DNA of 64,000 bases, taken from contig CM102283.1 of the NCBI GenBank assembly GCA_046563655.1, forward strand, positions 8,122,001 to 8,186,000. Reading direction: 5' to 3'. Shown piece after piece: positions 27,201 to 40,319 of the stretch. Origin of the DNA: Yuukianura sp. NJ FZ-2021 (Eukaryota). A program made the position numbers and the translations under genes. Within the stretch, counting starts at the first letter, position 1; every line of letters starts with the position of its first letter. Below the pieces are notes generated by a model, which did not search any database, was not told the origin of the DNA, and was given only the letters and a program-made list of their open reading frames with translations.

Positions 27201-30200
27201 AAGCAAAAGTGGAACTTCTGGAAGGCTAAACAAATACAGGTGAAGTCGAAATTGATGTTCCCTCACTCTTTCCAAAAAGCCTACAAGTAATCCAACGCCT
27301 ATAAAAAGTTTACAAGTAGTAGATCAAGGCCATTTTCGCCAAAATCTGCACATAGCCTTTATTATGCTCAAGTATACGTTATTTTCCGAAGGCGTAAATT
27401 ACTCATGCAGCTTCTTCAAAAATACTAAACAACACAAAATGTAAACACCATTTATAGAAAAGTTTACATTTTTAGTTGTTTTTCATTTTAAATTTCAAAA
27501 CACACATGTAAATTTAGCCTTCCGTAATATTCCACCATAACTTCTGAAATTAACTCTCTCCATTTTAGTAAAAGAAGTTTGAAGAGTTGTGAACTTGCGA
27601 AATCTGAAAGTGAAAAGTGAATAGGGCTTAAATTGGCGTTTTGCAATAAGCATATCATCTTTTATATCAAATGTTTCTATTCAGTAATTCAGTAAATCCC
27701 AGTAGCACTTTATACAATTGAAATGAAAATCCACCACTATTACATTACACCTTCATTCAGTAAAAAAAACATAATAAGTGTAATGTGCCAAAAGCGACTT
27801 ATTAAGCGACTTATTCACGTATGCGCAATTTTTATGCTTTTCCGCTCGCACTCTTTTCCATAAAAATTGTACACCTAGCGTACTATTTCACTCTAACTTT
27901 TTTTTTCATTAAGTTACCTTGTCTCTCGTACAAATTGCAAAGTAAGCCAAACAGTAGTGCGAAATCGTATAACAAATCTCGTTCCTCTCAAAAATGAGGA
28001 CAAGGCAACGCTAATCTTAGCCCATATTTTTTCCAACTCCTTGACCACTACCATTACCATCATCATTTTCTATGCCAATAAAACTGTGCAAAAAAATACT
28101 TTCATCATATTCGCAACAAGCACGTTAAAGTTATGTTATACCTGTGTTCCCAAAAGCCAACCATGCGCATCCACCACCATACCAAAATTTAAAGTTACCG
28201 CACTTAAGCATCATTAAAGTCTCCTTGATTAAAAATTGGAAAGCGAAACTTTAAAAGTCTAATCTTAGCATTCCTATAGTAGTAGAGTTAGTTAGTGTAA
28301 AAAGTTATTGTACATAGCTCGGCCACTAAAAAGTTAAGTTAATCATGGGGATGTTGCGGTTTGTTGTAAACCGGCCGGTAAAACCTCTGTACAGTCACAC
28401 TTCGACTTCATTATCTTTGCATGTTAAGGCAAACAAGGAACAACAACACACAAAACCAAAGAGAAATTTACAACGGGACTCTGGCGTGACCTTACTAATT
28501 TCTTCATTTTTTAGCTTATGCTAAAAATTGGGATAAATTTTGGAAAATTTCAAAATTTTGACTCACCCGTTGCCATTTTTCGGAACGTCAATGGAAGCTG
28601 TCTGTTGGTTTCTCTTGCGATCTGTACTGACATCAGCGAGCCGTGCAAAATCAAAATCCTGTTCCTGGAGACGTGCAGATTTTCGAGACTCCATCAATCG
28701 AACTTCGTCGAGTCTTTTGGTCACATCAAATGGAATCTGAAAAATTAAAAAAAATTGACATTATAAAAAATATCAGGAAGACAAACTTTGTAAAATGACA
28801 TTAGTTTATGCTTGAAGCAGCGGCAATCATTTTTGTTGCAAAGCAAATTCACATCAACTGTCACTCTCCTTTCCAATGATAGCCAAATACAAAAAAAAAG
28901 TAAGCAGCAATCTTCCATTATTCTTCACAGTCATTAATCACTGCTCACTTTTTTCATTTCAAAATTCACATTTGAAATGTTGCACAGATCACACAAATTG
29001 TCCCACAGAAAATTTTGCATCCGCAGGCCACGATGCGCAGAATTCTCATCATCATCATCATCATAAACCAGCATACAAAAACTTTTAAATACTAATGAGA
29101 ACGTGTAATTCCGCAATTGCATAGTTACCAATTGGTTGTTCGTTGCCCAAATTTTTCAAAATCAACCATTTTTGTTCATTTTTTGTGCCAAACCCACTGA
29201 AAACTAATTCTCACACTTTTCAACAAAGATTGAGTAAAAAACAATTTTTTATAATTTTTTTTTAAAGTTTCAAACTGGACTCACAAGTATTCCGATCCAG
29301 TAAAGAGAAATTTTTTGTCAAGTTTTTCAAAAAAAAATTTTTGAAAAAATATTCTCGTTTTAAATTTGCCGATTTCGACCAAAGTAAGGCAAATGAAAAT
29401 TAGTCAAGCGGATTTCTACAGAATTGTACTTAAAAGCTACAGTCACCAGGCGTCAGCTGCCCAAAATTGCTAAAACCCTTGGAAATCCTTGAGTCATTTA
29501 AATTGAAATGGTTAGTTGTTAAATTTAAAAGCCATTTCTCATACTATTCTAAAAAATCAAGAACCACAAGAAAAGCACTACAATAAGTCCCAGTTGTGCC
29601 GCCGCCACAAGATTAGTTTTCGCTACCTACTTAAAGTGACGATGACGACCACTTCCAACAAAAACTTGATAAAAATCCAATTTACAGTAGTGTACACCAA
29701 CTTTTTTACAAGTTTACGAAAGAGCTTCCATTTTATAAAGTAAGCACACCATTTTACGAAACAAAAACAAAAACTTTGTCCCAATTTCTTCCTTTACTAT
29801 TTTTTCTTTGTTACTTGGGACGTGACCATCATCGACAAGCCAAGTCTTGCTCTAAGCAAACTTTAGCATCAACATTAGCCAAAATGTAACTGTCCAAATT
29901 GAAATTAATTTAAATCTATATCAACTTAATTAATGCCAGAGGACGACACTTCCAAGCCACTCCTTGGCATTAAAAGGCGCCAAAGAAGAAGAAGCCTTCC
30001 ACGGGAATTAATTCTGTGTGAAATTCAGAGGATTTCAAGTTTGCAAAATCCCCAGTCCTTGCCAATTTTCAGCGTAACATTCAAGTTTTTTGGGCATTTG
30101 AATTCATTAAATGACTCTTTAACTCGTATAAATTAATTTCCAAAGTTACAATAATTTTAAACGTTATAATAAATTATAAATTAAAAAAGTACAATGTGTT

Positions 30201-33200
30201 TTTACCAAGGATACATTAGACACTTATCGCTTTAAGCTCACCAGTTTGTAGTTACTGTAGTTCAACTCACATTTTTTTTCCCAAAATGTGCGTGTGCAAA
30301 ATTCGGAAGGACCTCAAAACCCAACCACCTCAAAAATTTTTTGAACCGGTTTTTTTTATTTCAAAATTCTGATTCTTTTACGAGAATTTTAAATCCAAAC
30401 CAGAAAGTTTTCTGAGGGTATTCGTGCTGGTTCGTAAAAAACAGGATTTATAGTAACGCTAACATGTGAGGGAGGGAGCGGCGGTAAAGCAGTTCTTCAA
30501 AGTATAAAAAAGAAAACAAATAAATAAAAAAATACCGTAAAGTGAAATTATAAATTCAACTTGTGGACTTTAATGTCTACAATTCATGTACGAGTTGTAA
30601 CAGCTAGAAGCAAGCAGCAACAAGCATACAGGAAGTTCAAAGAAATTAAAAAACGAGTGACCAAACAGAACAATAAGGCAGTTAATACAGCAAATAAAAA
30701 TTCATTTGAAAAAATTAAAAAAATTACAATTTTTTTAAATTCTACACATTGTATTACAGTCACATCAACGGGAAGTTGCTAATAACATTTTCCATTGTTG
30801 TCACATTTTTTCCCATTGTGTAAATTTTTCTTTGTTTATAATTTAATAATAATGCAGAAATAATGCAAAACATTCATAATTAAACATAGTTCTCCACATT
30901 CAAGGAGTGAGAGGGAGAGAAAAGATTCTTACGAGAGATAAAAATTCTCTCATTTATAATGTATATGTGCAACATTTTATAAAAATTACTTACTATGCCA
31001 CAACGCTAGGCACATTTACTATCAAAATGGTTAGTTTTTTGCTAAGTAGCGGAGCGAAACCGTAAGTAAACTAACCGTACTTTGTCTAAACTAAAACTTT
31101 AACTTTTAAAAAACGCACTGTACAAAACTTTAACCTCACAAGACGTCATATTTGCTCATCCAATAAGCACAAACCGGGAAGTCAGGATCAGTAACTGGTG
31201 CTCACTAACACTAACAACTACGTTGAGTGATAGACCATGTAATTGCCACCTTTCAACTCAGGGTCATGTCCACATCAAACACGCCATTTCTAGTTACAGT
31301 TCTCTTTCGAAAGTAACCCATATTTCATCTCTAATTTTTTCAAACTTATCAAATTTTTTCTTAAAATTTTACTTCAACACTGTTATATTTTATAACACAT
31401 TGCTTTTGTTTCACAATTTCCTACAGTCAACAGACCCCTTACAGCGCAAATTCTCTTTTACTTTTTACAAAAATCCAAAGTGTAATTTACTCTAGTGCCA
31501 ACAAAAGAAAGAGAAAGCGTGTCTCTTCCTTCATGCAATTCGCATAACAATTTGACAAAAAGAGAGTGACACCAAAATGTGTCAACTCTGTCTTAATTTT
31601 ACAAGTCTTTCGTTGTGTTACAGCCTTACAGCAAAACAGCAAAATTATTTTGCCTACAGCAAAAAATTGATGTCGGTTCAACACACTGCAAATTTGTGAT
31701 TAATGCGAAACTGTGCTTACGGCTTTAGCCGATGTTACACCTTACAAAAAAACATGAACATGTCATTCACTTCAACTTTAGAACGAGTGACGGTTGGAGT
31801 CAATTTGCTCACCATTTTCTAAAAAAACGAAAACCGTAAAAAAGTTTTCGATTTTTTGTCGTTTTTTCCTCTCTTTTTTGCAAGTTCGTAACCCAGCAAC
31901 ACCGGATAAGCTCAGACAAGGTTTTGAATTACAGGAATGAACAAAAGAAAGCTAATTTCTAAATTATAGGTTTGGACATGGGCATAGCGTGATTTCAAAG
32001 ATAAAGCAAGAAGTAAATGACCCGTGTAGCAAAACCTTTGATGCTGATCATGAGGTAATGGCACAGCAAAATCCAAGGTTTGTTAAAACCAAAAACTCGA
32101 AAAACGAAGAAGATCAACTCTTTTGCTCGACTTTATAATCCAAAATTTAAATAGACTCTTGTCCATAAACCTCGTCAGAAACAACTTCAAAAGAGAAGTT
32201 CATAGAACTTTGCAAAGGTCATTCTGAGGTCACCGGCTAGTTGCTCAATTTTTTAGTCAAGTTGATGAGTCTGACTCATTTCCAAATCGTGCTCTGATTT
32301 AAATTGACAGATTCCAAAAATTAAGCACCTTTCACACTCTAATTTTAGTCTTCATACTCTGATTAAAGTTAGGCTTAGATTGCACATACGCCTAACCTAA
32401 TCAGAAGGTCATTGACCTCTTGATTAAATTCCAAATTATACTTAACATGTTTACAAAAAACTAACACTTATGCCTAATCATTAATTACTCAATGCTCCTG
32501 ATTTGGTGGTAAAAACCGTTCTTTTTCCTCCAAAAGAAAAATTTCCAGTAAAAACCGTCATTACGAAACGTATCAAGTGTGACGTGATTTAGCAACAAAA
32601 AAGGACATGACGATTCGCAAATTGCAAAAAATTGCAACAATTTCAACCCAAAAAGTGAATCAAGTAGGAAAACTGTTTTTTTTTATTTGCTGACAGAAGT
32701 CAGACCATCAGTTTTCAATTGATTACAAAAAGTCAACACCCGATAACATCAATTTCACAATTTCAGGTTGATTAGTCACCCCCATACAACTTTTTTTTTG
32801 CGAATTCACCGGACGCCAATATTCCCCTCACCGGCTTCCTCACAAACCATTTAGTCATTACACAGTTATTCAAAAAACGTTTACCAAAAAAACTTGTACA
32901 TTGGGAAACGTTAAAAAAAACTAAATACGTAAACCTACGTCTTCAAATTTAACATTTTAACTTCCTTGTATCCAGTGCTATTGTTTGCTCTTACTTTCAA
33001 AAAATACTATAAAAAAAAAACAAGACAAATTTATGATTCACCAGCACAAAGTAAAAATTTTTTTCATAAAACGTTTATGTTTATGAAATTTCTCACCTAG
33101 TAAGAAAGTTAAGAAATCATTGATTCATAATGCGAAATATTGCGCAAAATTGAAAAGCTTTTGACACCTTTTCAAATTCCTATTTACAATGTCCTTCCCT

Positions 33201-35267
33201 TTAAAGTAAGTAAAAGTGCACGTCAAAACCTATTGTTAGCCAAGGGAGTAGTGTAAAGTTCCGTTAAGGTTTTTAACACCATGTAAATTAAATAAAACCA
33301 AAGACTTAGAAGGCCGGGAAGGTTCAAATTTCAAATTTCACCAATGGCTAACCCTATGTATCCCGAAACCATAAGCCTCTTAGCATAACAAAAAGTAGCA
33401 CACGCTACTAATGCTGATGACTCAGTTAAAAATTCACACAAAAAATTTAAACAAAATTCAGCAAGATTTCAAATTAAAAAAAATATTGATGACATAGCTG
33501 AACTAGCCTTGCTAAAATTGCCATCCTAAGCTAAAACTAAAAAAAAGTCAACTACCAAAACTTCCTGTTTTCATCAGGTTTAAAATTTCAGAAAAAAAAA
33601 TCTCAAGTAGACAAAAAGTGTACACAGCTGAAATCTGCTGGACTCAAAAAAAAACTGACAGGAAGAAACTGATGACACAAGAAGATGAGAAACATGATAC
33701 AGTTGGCCATTTCCATTATACACACTCATTTTTTTCTATCCATCCTCCATGATTCTCAAAATTCAGAGTTTCTAGTTAGACTTGACTTGGAAAAGAAGAA
33801 GTTAATGAACTGAAGATGATGCAAACAAGGGAAACTACAACTTAAAAACCCGTACGACCGACCACAGGAAAAAAAAGACGCTACAACGTTGCTCATCTTC
33901 ACTTCACATCAAGAGGAGTAGACCAAAAGGGCTTTACCCCCACAAAAAAAATCATCAAAACATGCATTTTGGCCGTAAAACTTTTTTTTTGCAACAACTT
34001 TTCGTGTTGGTGCCTTGTGCAGTCAAATGCCGGTTAACCCCGTTGCTGTGCTTTTTCAATTCCCTTTTGCTTTAAAAATTTCACCCAGCAACAAACTCTT
34101 TAGCTTCATATGCTATGCATTTCCTCCCTTCATCAGCTTTATTTGTACATGCGCTGAAACGCTCCAGCGAAGGTCAAAATCGCTGCGTTCCCCACCCGCT
34201 TTCAAGCAAAAAACGGAGTAAAAGCTATATGGTTTTCAGCTGTTAGAAAAAAAGCCAATGCCACAAGCTACCCGGATACAACTTAGGTTGGCCCCGATTT
34301 ACACCGAAATTCTCAGAAGCAAGAAGCTTCTTTCTGCATTTTCTCGCCCGGCAACAGCAGAAGCACGTTTCACTTTCTCTACTTTTAGTTTTAGCAAGTT
34401 TTCAGCCCAATTTCAAAATGAAGCTTTCCACTTCTTCTCTTCTAATAAAACTAAAAGCGTCATTTCTTGTTAACACTTCCTCTTTTTGGAATGAAAACGA
34501 CGCAATTCGGAAGATCAAATATTTAACATTCTTGTAAACAGCGTGCTTCTTGAGTTTATTCACCCGAATAACAATCACGCATCAAGGAAATGCAAAAGAA
34601 CAAGGAAGCTTTCGGTTTCGTACAATTTTTCCGAAACGTTTTGGTGTCGTAATTGCCTGGAACCTTTTGGTTTCGTACAATTTTACTGGAAAATGAAACT
34701 GCTTTAGTTTCGTATTTTACAGGAAGCGTTCAGTTTAGTACAATTTTGGAAAATGGAAACCGTTTTGTACTTTACCAGAAGCTTTTGGTTTCGTACAATT
34801 TTAGTGGAAACTTCATGGCAAAATCCCGTAAAGCATAAAATGAGACAAAAAGCGAAATTAGGAAACTAATTTGGTCTTACCTCCGGTGAACCCGGTTGTG
34901 CCTGAGCTTGGACGTTGATGAGAACTTCATCGCGTGCCGGTTGGTGGTAAACCACAGTGCCCATGACCTCACGGCCATTGTATGTCACCCAAGCCTTTTG
35001 ACCATTCCGTAGTTTCAGGTTACTGATGTTTCCAAATCCAGAGCCAATGAGGTCCGATTCTCCAAATTCCCGGGTATCCCCGTTTTCAAACCGGACAATA
35101 TACTTGTTATTCGGACTAATTCCAGAGACGTTGGCAAAAAACGGATGATCTTCTGGCGACTTGGAGCCAATGATGGTTCCGGGTTGGTAGAATCCACTTT
35201 CTTTGACATATGCAGAGATGCGCGTGCCGACGATTGACCTCTTGGCCAATCTCTTTGCAGTAGACAT
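12287..35267 (-). CDS. ZNF704: ZNF704/ZNF395/SLC2A4RG-family (Glut4EF-like) C2H2 zinc finger + C-clamp transcription factor, ~486 aa
   Basis: Exons 35267-34881, 28736-28567, 24151-23964, 13799-13490, 13401-13229, 12615-12461, 12364-12287, phase-consistent (1461 nt). N-terminus MSTAKRLAKRSIVGTRI..., RLDEVRLMESRKSARL, conserved MEECAAAMVLMSLSCSP, single C2H2 finger FECTWPGC...IEAHVRYAHLG, DHEEEFYYTEVE, and C-terminal C-clamp [34 protein letters not shown]. Probably the single invertebrate co-ortholog of the three vertebrate genes. Confidence 0.93.
22566..22578. promoter_or_regulatory. hsp27-type EcRE-like IR-1 (AGTTCA-T-TGCACT on the minus strand)
   Basis: Plus strand AGTGCAATGAACT; close to the Drosophila hsp27 EcRE (GGTTCAATGCACT). 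Confidence 0.4.
32197..32418. promoter_or_regulatory. Nuclear-receptor element cluster: perfect IR-1 (EcR/USP-type), DR5 and an imperfect IR-1
   Basis: AGGTCA-T-TGACCT at 32406-32418; AGGTCA-TTCTG-AGGTCA at 32216-32232; AGTTCA-T-AGAACT at 32197-32209. Confidence 0.55.
34611..34810. repeat. Degenerate tandem repeat, ~25-35 bp units with core GGTTTCGTACAATTTT
   Basis: About 7 diverged units. The core is near-intact at ~34614, ~34669 and ~34787. It lies in the intron just after the first coding exon of the ZNF704-like gene. Confidence 0.7.
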
Positions 35268-37060
35268 GATTTCTGTTTTGAAACTTGCTGTTTTGACCAG
35301 TAAAGTTGATGATTGCGTGGGCTGTTTTAACCAAAACGAGAGTGAAACTGAGACTGCCCGTTAATTACTGATTGTTGTGAGTTTTATAGACTGAGGTTGG
35401 AGCTTGTGGAGTAATAGGCCAATGTCAATTTGAGCACTAGGGCTATTAAAAAGCTCCAGCGAATCAATAACTAAGTCTCAATGACAAAATGTTGATTGTC
35501 ACAGGAGTTAATTAATTGGTGATGAGAGGCGAAAGTGATGATGAGGGAATGACGTCTGCCAATAATAGTCAACTTGACACTTCTTTTTATGATTTGTACT
35601 TGCTGCTGTGCTGCTGAAGTGATGTAAACAAGGCAATAACCGACTTTTCCTTGTGTGCAAAGTCAACAGAATCTAAAAACAACACAAAAATAGAACGTTT
35701 TTTAATCTCCGTATTATAGCACCAAGCTGGCTGTCACTTTTTGCTCATGTTGTGCAATTTGATCTTTGATAGCTTGGAGTTTTCGTGACGTCGAATACTT
35801 CAACAGCGTCTTCCTGAAACACCAGTGTTAAACACTAGGTAAAGCGTTACATTTAGTACGTTTTAGCTAGTAAACTTAGGCAATTCCTACTTAACTTTTT
35901 AGTTAGGGTCAAAGGGGTCACCTAAGGTACTTGAGCACTGCGCATGACTGTGCAGGACAGATGATACCGAAAGTACAGTAGTTAGAGTTCCAAGTACGTC
36001 ATAAATGTACTTGAAGGTCTTCCATATCGTTAAGAAATTTACAACCGTGTGTGTTTCCATTTCCACACCATAACGACAGCATCAGCAGGGATTCATGATG
36101 TTGCCACCATCAGATGTTCGGGGCTCTCCCTGCTTAGCAACAGCAAAAAATCTCGTCAACAATAGATCCCCTTACTATTTCTTCCTGAATCCATGATTTA
36201 ACAAAAGGCTGGAAGGCATAAAACCAAAATACAAACTCTTTGCGTGTTGATCATCTTCTGAAAAGGGGACTTCAAGATCACAAACTTCAGAATCCTGCAA
36301 AGTACTCCCCCCTTTCCCTTTCTCCCTTCAAGTATCTCTCAGGTGATCGACTTTTACTTGAAACAGAACAAAGAAAATGAAAACGAAGTGAGTATGCGCT
36401 AAGGGATAAGCCCTTGGAAGGCTGACCTCAAATGAATACCAACATTTACGAGGTCACAGATTCCCAGAGGTCAGATTCCACTTCATGTCCACTTCCGTCT
36501 CAAAATCAACAATGCCGGCTACCGGCGCCTCTCTTGTCGTTACAGTGACAAGACAATGTAAATGATGATGATGAACTGAACTAACGTTTGTGTGACGATT
36601 ACCGGCACCACTAACTTTCATTTGTGATTAACTTATAATTAAAAATGAATTAGACATTACCTGTGGTTTCTTGGATTGTAGAATTTTGAACTTTTGAAGA
36701 TAGTAGAGGCAGTTTGGTTAGTTGACGAGACGTTTTCGTTGAACTAGTAGATTGAAGATTTGAACTGTTTCTACACTGGGTTAGGCGGGACACGGTCCAG
36801 ATCACGGAGTAGTCGTAGATGTGGTGGGCCTGGGTGGGGCGTCAAAGTTCGGTTGACATCTTTCGACGACAGAAGATGAGTGTGTTTGGCAGAATCCCTT
36901 GGATTCATGGTTTGAGAGCCGGGTAGATGTGGGTCAGAGGGTGAACCGAAGTGACCCTGGAGTGAGATTGAGTACTTGAAGGGGTTCGGTGTACCGAAGT
37001 GGTGTCCAGAAACACAGCTTAGCAACAATGGAGACTGTTTTTTGACGTTTGTTCAGTTTG
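35268..37060 (-). other. Probable 5' UTR of the ZNF704-like gene with an upstream non-coding exon
   Basis: Minus-strand acceptor GTTTTTAG|ATTC near 35673 and donor CACAG|GTAATG at 36661/36660. The GC-richer 36661-37200 region looks like a first exon and promoter. The TSS position is approximate. Confidence 0.4.
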
Positions 37061-40000
37061 AGATGCGGAGAGCGAGTGAGAGGAGAGAAGGCCGAATCTT
37101 TGTTTTGTTATTGAAAACCAGCTGGGATAGGATGAACCTCACGCGCCAACTCCCACCGCACCACCACATTCTTAAGCCTACCTCACACTTCACGACGCAA
37201 CACGGTCGCGCGCGGTTATTAGAAATAATAAACTATGTAATATAAAATATTAATACGGGAAATAGATAATAATTTATCGAAAAGGTATGCCATAAATTGG
37301 AAATTGAAAACAGATGTTTCCTGTTCTATGGACGAGCTGTATTACAAGAGTAATTTTTTACAACAAAAATTAATTTAGTTTCACCTAAAGTAAACCATCA
37401 AAAAAGTCAATATTTTATTGAGTTTGATTGTTTTCAGTGCCATCAAGTTTTTACATGTGATTTTGGCTACAAGTGTTTTACTGTAAAACCTTTAAGAGTA
37501 AATTTTAAAACTAGTTGCATACACAGTTATTTATTTCGATTGATATTTTTGGCTTACAATTACGATAAAAGAGATTTTAAGATAAAACACATACTGATTT
37601 TTAACATTGTAGCTTCAATGTCAAGCATACCCACAAAGATTATTGGAGTTTTAGTGGAAATTATTAGAACGCCGATTCGTCAAAAATTCGCGTACCAAGG
37701 GAGTGGCGTGGACAGGGCTTAAGAGGGGTTGATATTTTGATATAGCCAAGTTCTGTCAATTCTGTTTCCTTTTCCCTAGAAAATGAATTTTGTTGAATTT
37801 TCCATTCAAATAATTTTTTTTCAAAAATACCTACTTGCGATTCTTAAATTTTTGGAGAATCATCTTTTGAATTTAATGCAAAAATGAATGGACATTTCGT
37901 TTCAGTTGGTAGGATCTTGCCGAAGATGATATGAGTTGAATTTAAATGGCCGATTTTCCCCTAATCCTGCGTCACTTTTTCCCCTGTTCCCTCCCAGCTG
38001 ATTCCATATTTACCCTCACAGATGACGATGACGTAATTCCCTTAAGCTCCGCCCATACCCAAAACCAAGTTATCATTCAACCAAGGTCATTTTACCACAA
38101 ACTTAACTAAACCTCACGAACTGTTTACACCCATCACTCTTCGTGTCTGTTCAGAACTTGTTCAAACAACTTTTAGCTCAATTAAATTACCACGCACACA
38201 CAAATCTTCTGATATCTTAATTTTTTCCAAGGAAGAGAGAACCAGAATTTAGAAATGTTGACCTTGGCTATAATTAAAGTCGGGGAAATCTAAACCACAA
38301 AAATACTTGCCGGCCGGGCCGGTCAGTGGCAGAGTGTGAAATGAGGTCAAGTTTTCTGAAAAAGAAGAAAATGGAAGTAGGCCAGAGGTCAAGGCCACCC
38401 GCGACATTTTGGCGTCCCGGGGATCGCAACCGGATTTCCTGGAATTTGAAATTACTTTTTTTTCAAGAATTTCGGAATTTCCGCGGCTCTAAAAATTTTC
38501 AGCCCTATTTTTGAAATGGGCGGACTTCGTTTCACTGGAAATGATCTGTAGACTGTCATTTCAGCATGACCAAATCGTCGTTTTCCTCACATCTTCATCT
38601 AACCGCTGCTGCTTCTGGCATCATCCTGGTTAAAAAAAAAGTTATAAAATGGAAGCCTAGATTTCCTGTGCTGATTCGGACATTTCCGTGACCTAGATTC
38701 AGCGCTGCTTCTCAATCGAATCTACACGCTGCCGCTTTTCTCAAGGCTTTCACTGCAGCAGCAGCGACCTAAGTTTCGTTCATCTTCAAAAGCAAAGTCA
38801 GCTCAAGCCGAAAGCCTTAGTAGGTTACATTTTCCCGGGAAAACTTTTTTCTGGATGTTCCCATTTGAATTTTCCTGCCGTTGGCGCTGTTATACGATTG
38901 AGGACAATCGATTTTTCATTTCCTTTGGGTGTTAGTCAAACGGTGCGTGCCCGTGCCCTTCAAAAGAAAAAAAAAGTAGTTCAGTTAGCAACAAGAGCAA
39001 AGGTTTTGCTGCAAAACCTAACCATAGTTAAGCCATTTCCAGAAAACCTGTCCAGAAGAAGCCTTACAAAACCCTATAATCAATATTTGCAAACCTTTTT
39101 TTCCAAAATCGAAAACTCAAAATTTGACAACTTCATCAATTTCGGATTTGAAAGTAAACAAGTTCCGAAAGGAGAAGCTCAGAAAAAGCAAATTGGCGGT
39201 TTTTTGTGCTCAAAGATGAAAACGAGGTCATCTTGTATGGTTCTGGATCTCCGTCATCTGTACCATACGGCTTATTTGTCCTACTACCCGGGTTTTCTAC
39301 GCATTATACCGGGAGAGAATCGATCCGATTCCTCCACGTGGCAAGGGCATACGGACTGACGCACACAAAAATAAGGGCTCCCGTGTACATATTTAGAGAT
39401 TTAGTAAAGGGCTCTTCAAAAAAGCCTAGCTCAACTTAAGTATTTCATTACGATGCTAAAACTTCGGAATCGATCGCTCATTTTCTAAAAATGGAAAGAA
39501 ATAAGATCTTCACTTTCGCTTTTAAGAGTCGAAGCGCTCGAAATTCCTGGAATTACTTTTCGCCAAAATCTAAATTCGCAGATTCTCATTTCATTTCCTC
39601 GTTTTTGCAAAAAGTGAAACCGAGCACCGTTTTTTGTAGCAACGACCTTGTAAGCTAAGAGAAGCTAAGAGAAGAAGGTCACCGGAGTTTTAGTATCTAG
39701 CGGTGTATAGTTACCACTTTGAGCTTTTTTTAGAACATGAAATTAAAAAAAATGTTTCAACTTTTTGTGTTTTTCAAAAAGTTGCAAACTAACGACAACA
39801 GGAAGGAGGGCTATTTGTGAATTGCGATTCCGCAATAATTTGTTGAATTATTTATGAAGAATCCATTGTCTAATATGAAAATTGCAGAAACGATGACCCT
39901 GTGAACGGGGTGAGTTGCGAATTTATGAGGAATGACAATATGCAGACGTTAAGAATTTTTATAAGGCTCATCCTTAAGTCCCCCTTGACATGTTGTCTCT

Positions 40001-40319
40001 TGTCGTTAACTTCTTGCTTTTTGAAAAATTTATGGTGCAAGATGTCCTCTTGCATCAAAGGAGTGCCTGTTATTAACGCATTGTGCTTATTAAAACTTTT
40101 AATTATTCTAAAATTTTGAAGTTTGAAGGTGATTCGACTTACGATAAAAAGAGATGCAGCAGCAGCAGACATTTTTTCAATTGACTTCAACTTCTTGGTT
40201 GTAGCAGTTCCCAGCACTAAAGTTAAACAAAATACATTTTTAAAGAAGTTTTTAAAAATACATTGCAGTACTTTGAATTAAGTTTTCAGTTTGATTTTTT
40301 CTTACCCAAAGTGACGAAA

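Larger units (their letters stand above)
19955..38317. promoter_or_regulatory. Five CCGGCCGG palindromes (candidate C-clamp/ZNF704 binding sites)
   Basis: CCGGCCGG at 19955-19962, 25422-25429, 25787-25794, 28371-28378 and 38310-38317, all in AT-rich non-coding DNA of, or just upstream of, the ZNF704-like gene. Confidence 0.55.

Noticed and set aside
19734-27823. Tiny direct duplications (AATCGAAAATAGTTTT at ~19734 and ~19794; AAGCGACTTATT x2 at ~27792)
   Set aside because: Ordinary slippage or local duplication with no further structure.
12778-34473. Many 60-125 aa ORFs within the ZNF704-like introns
   Set aside because: Phe/Lys/Asn/Ile-rich translations of A/T runs, mostly with non-ATG starts, no motifs and no splice support.
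34611-34810. Repeat-with-variable-spacer pattern superficially like a CRISPR array
   Set aside because: Eukaryotic intron, degenerate units, spacers short and related to each other, no cas genes.
38865-39720. 164-aa ORF (38865-39359) and adjacent GC-richer segment that might be a transposon remnant
   Set aside because: TTG start, no recognisable domain, and no terminal repeats I could define; needs a repeat-library search.
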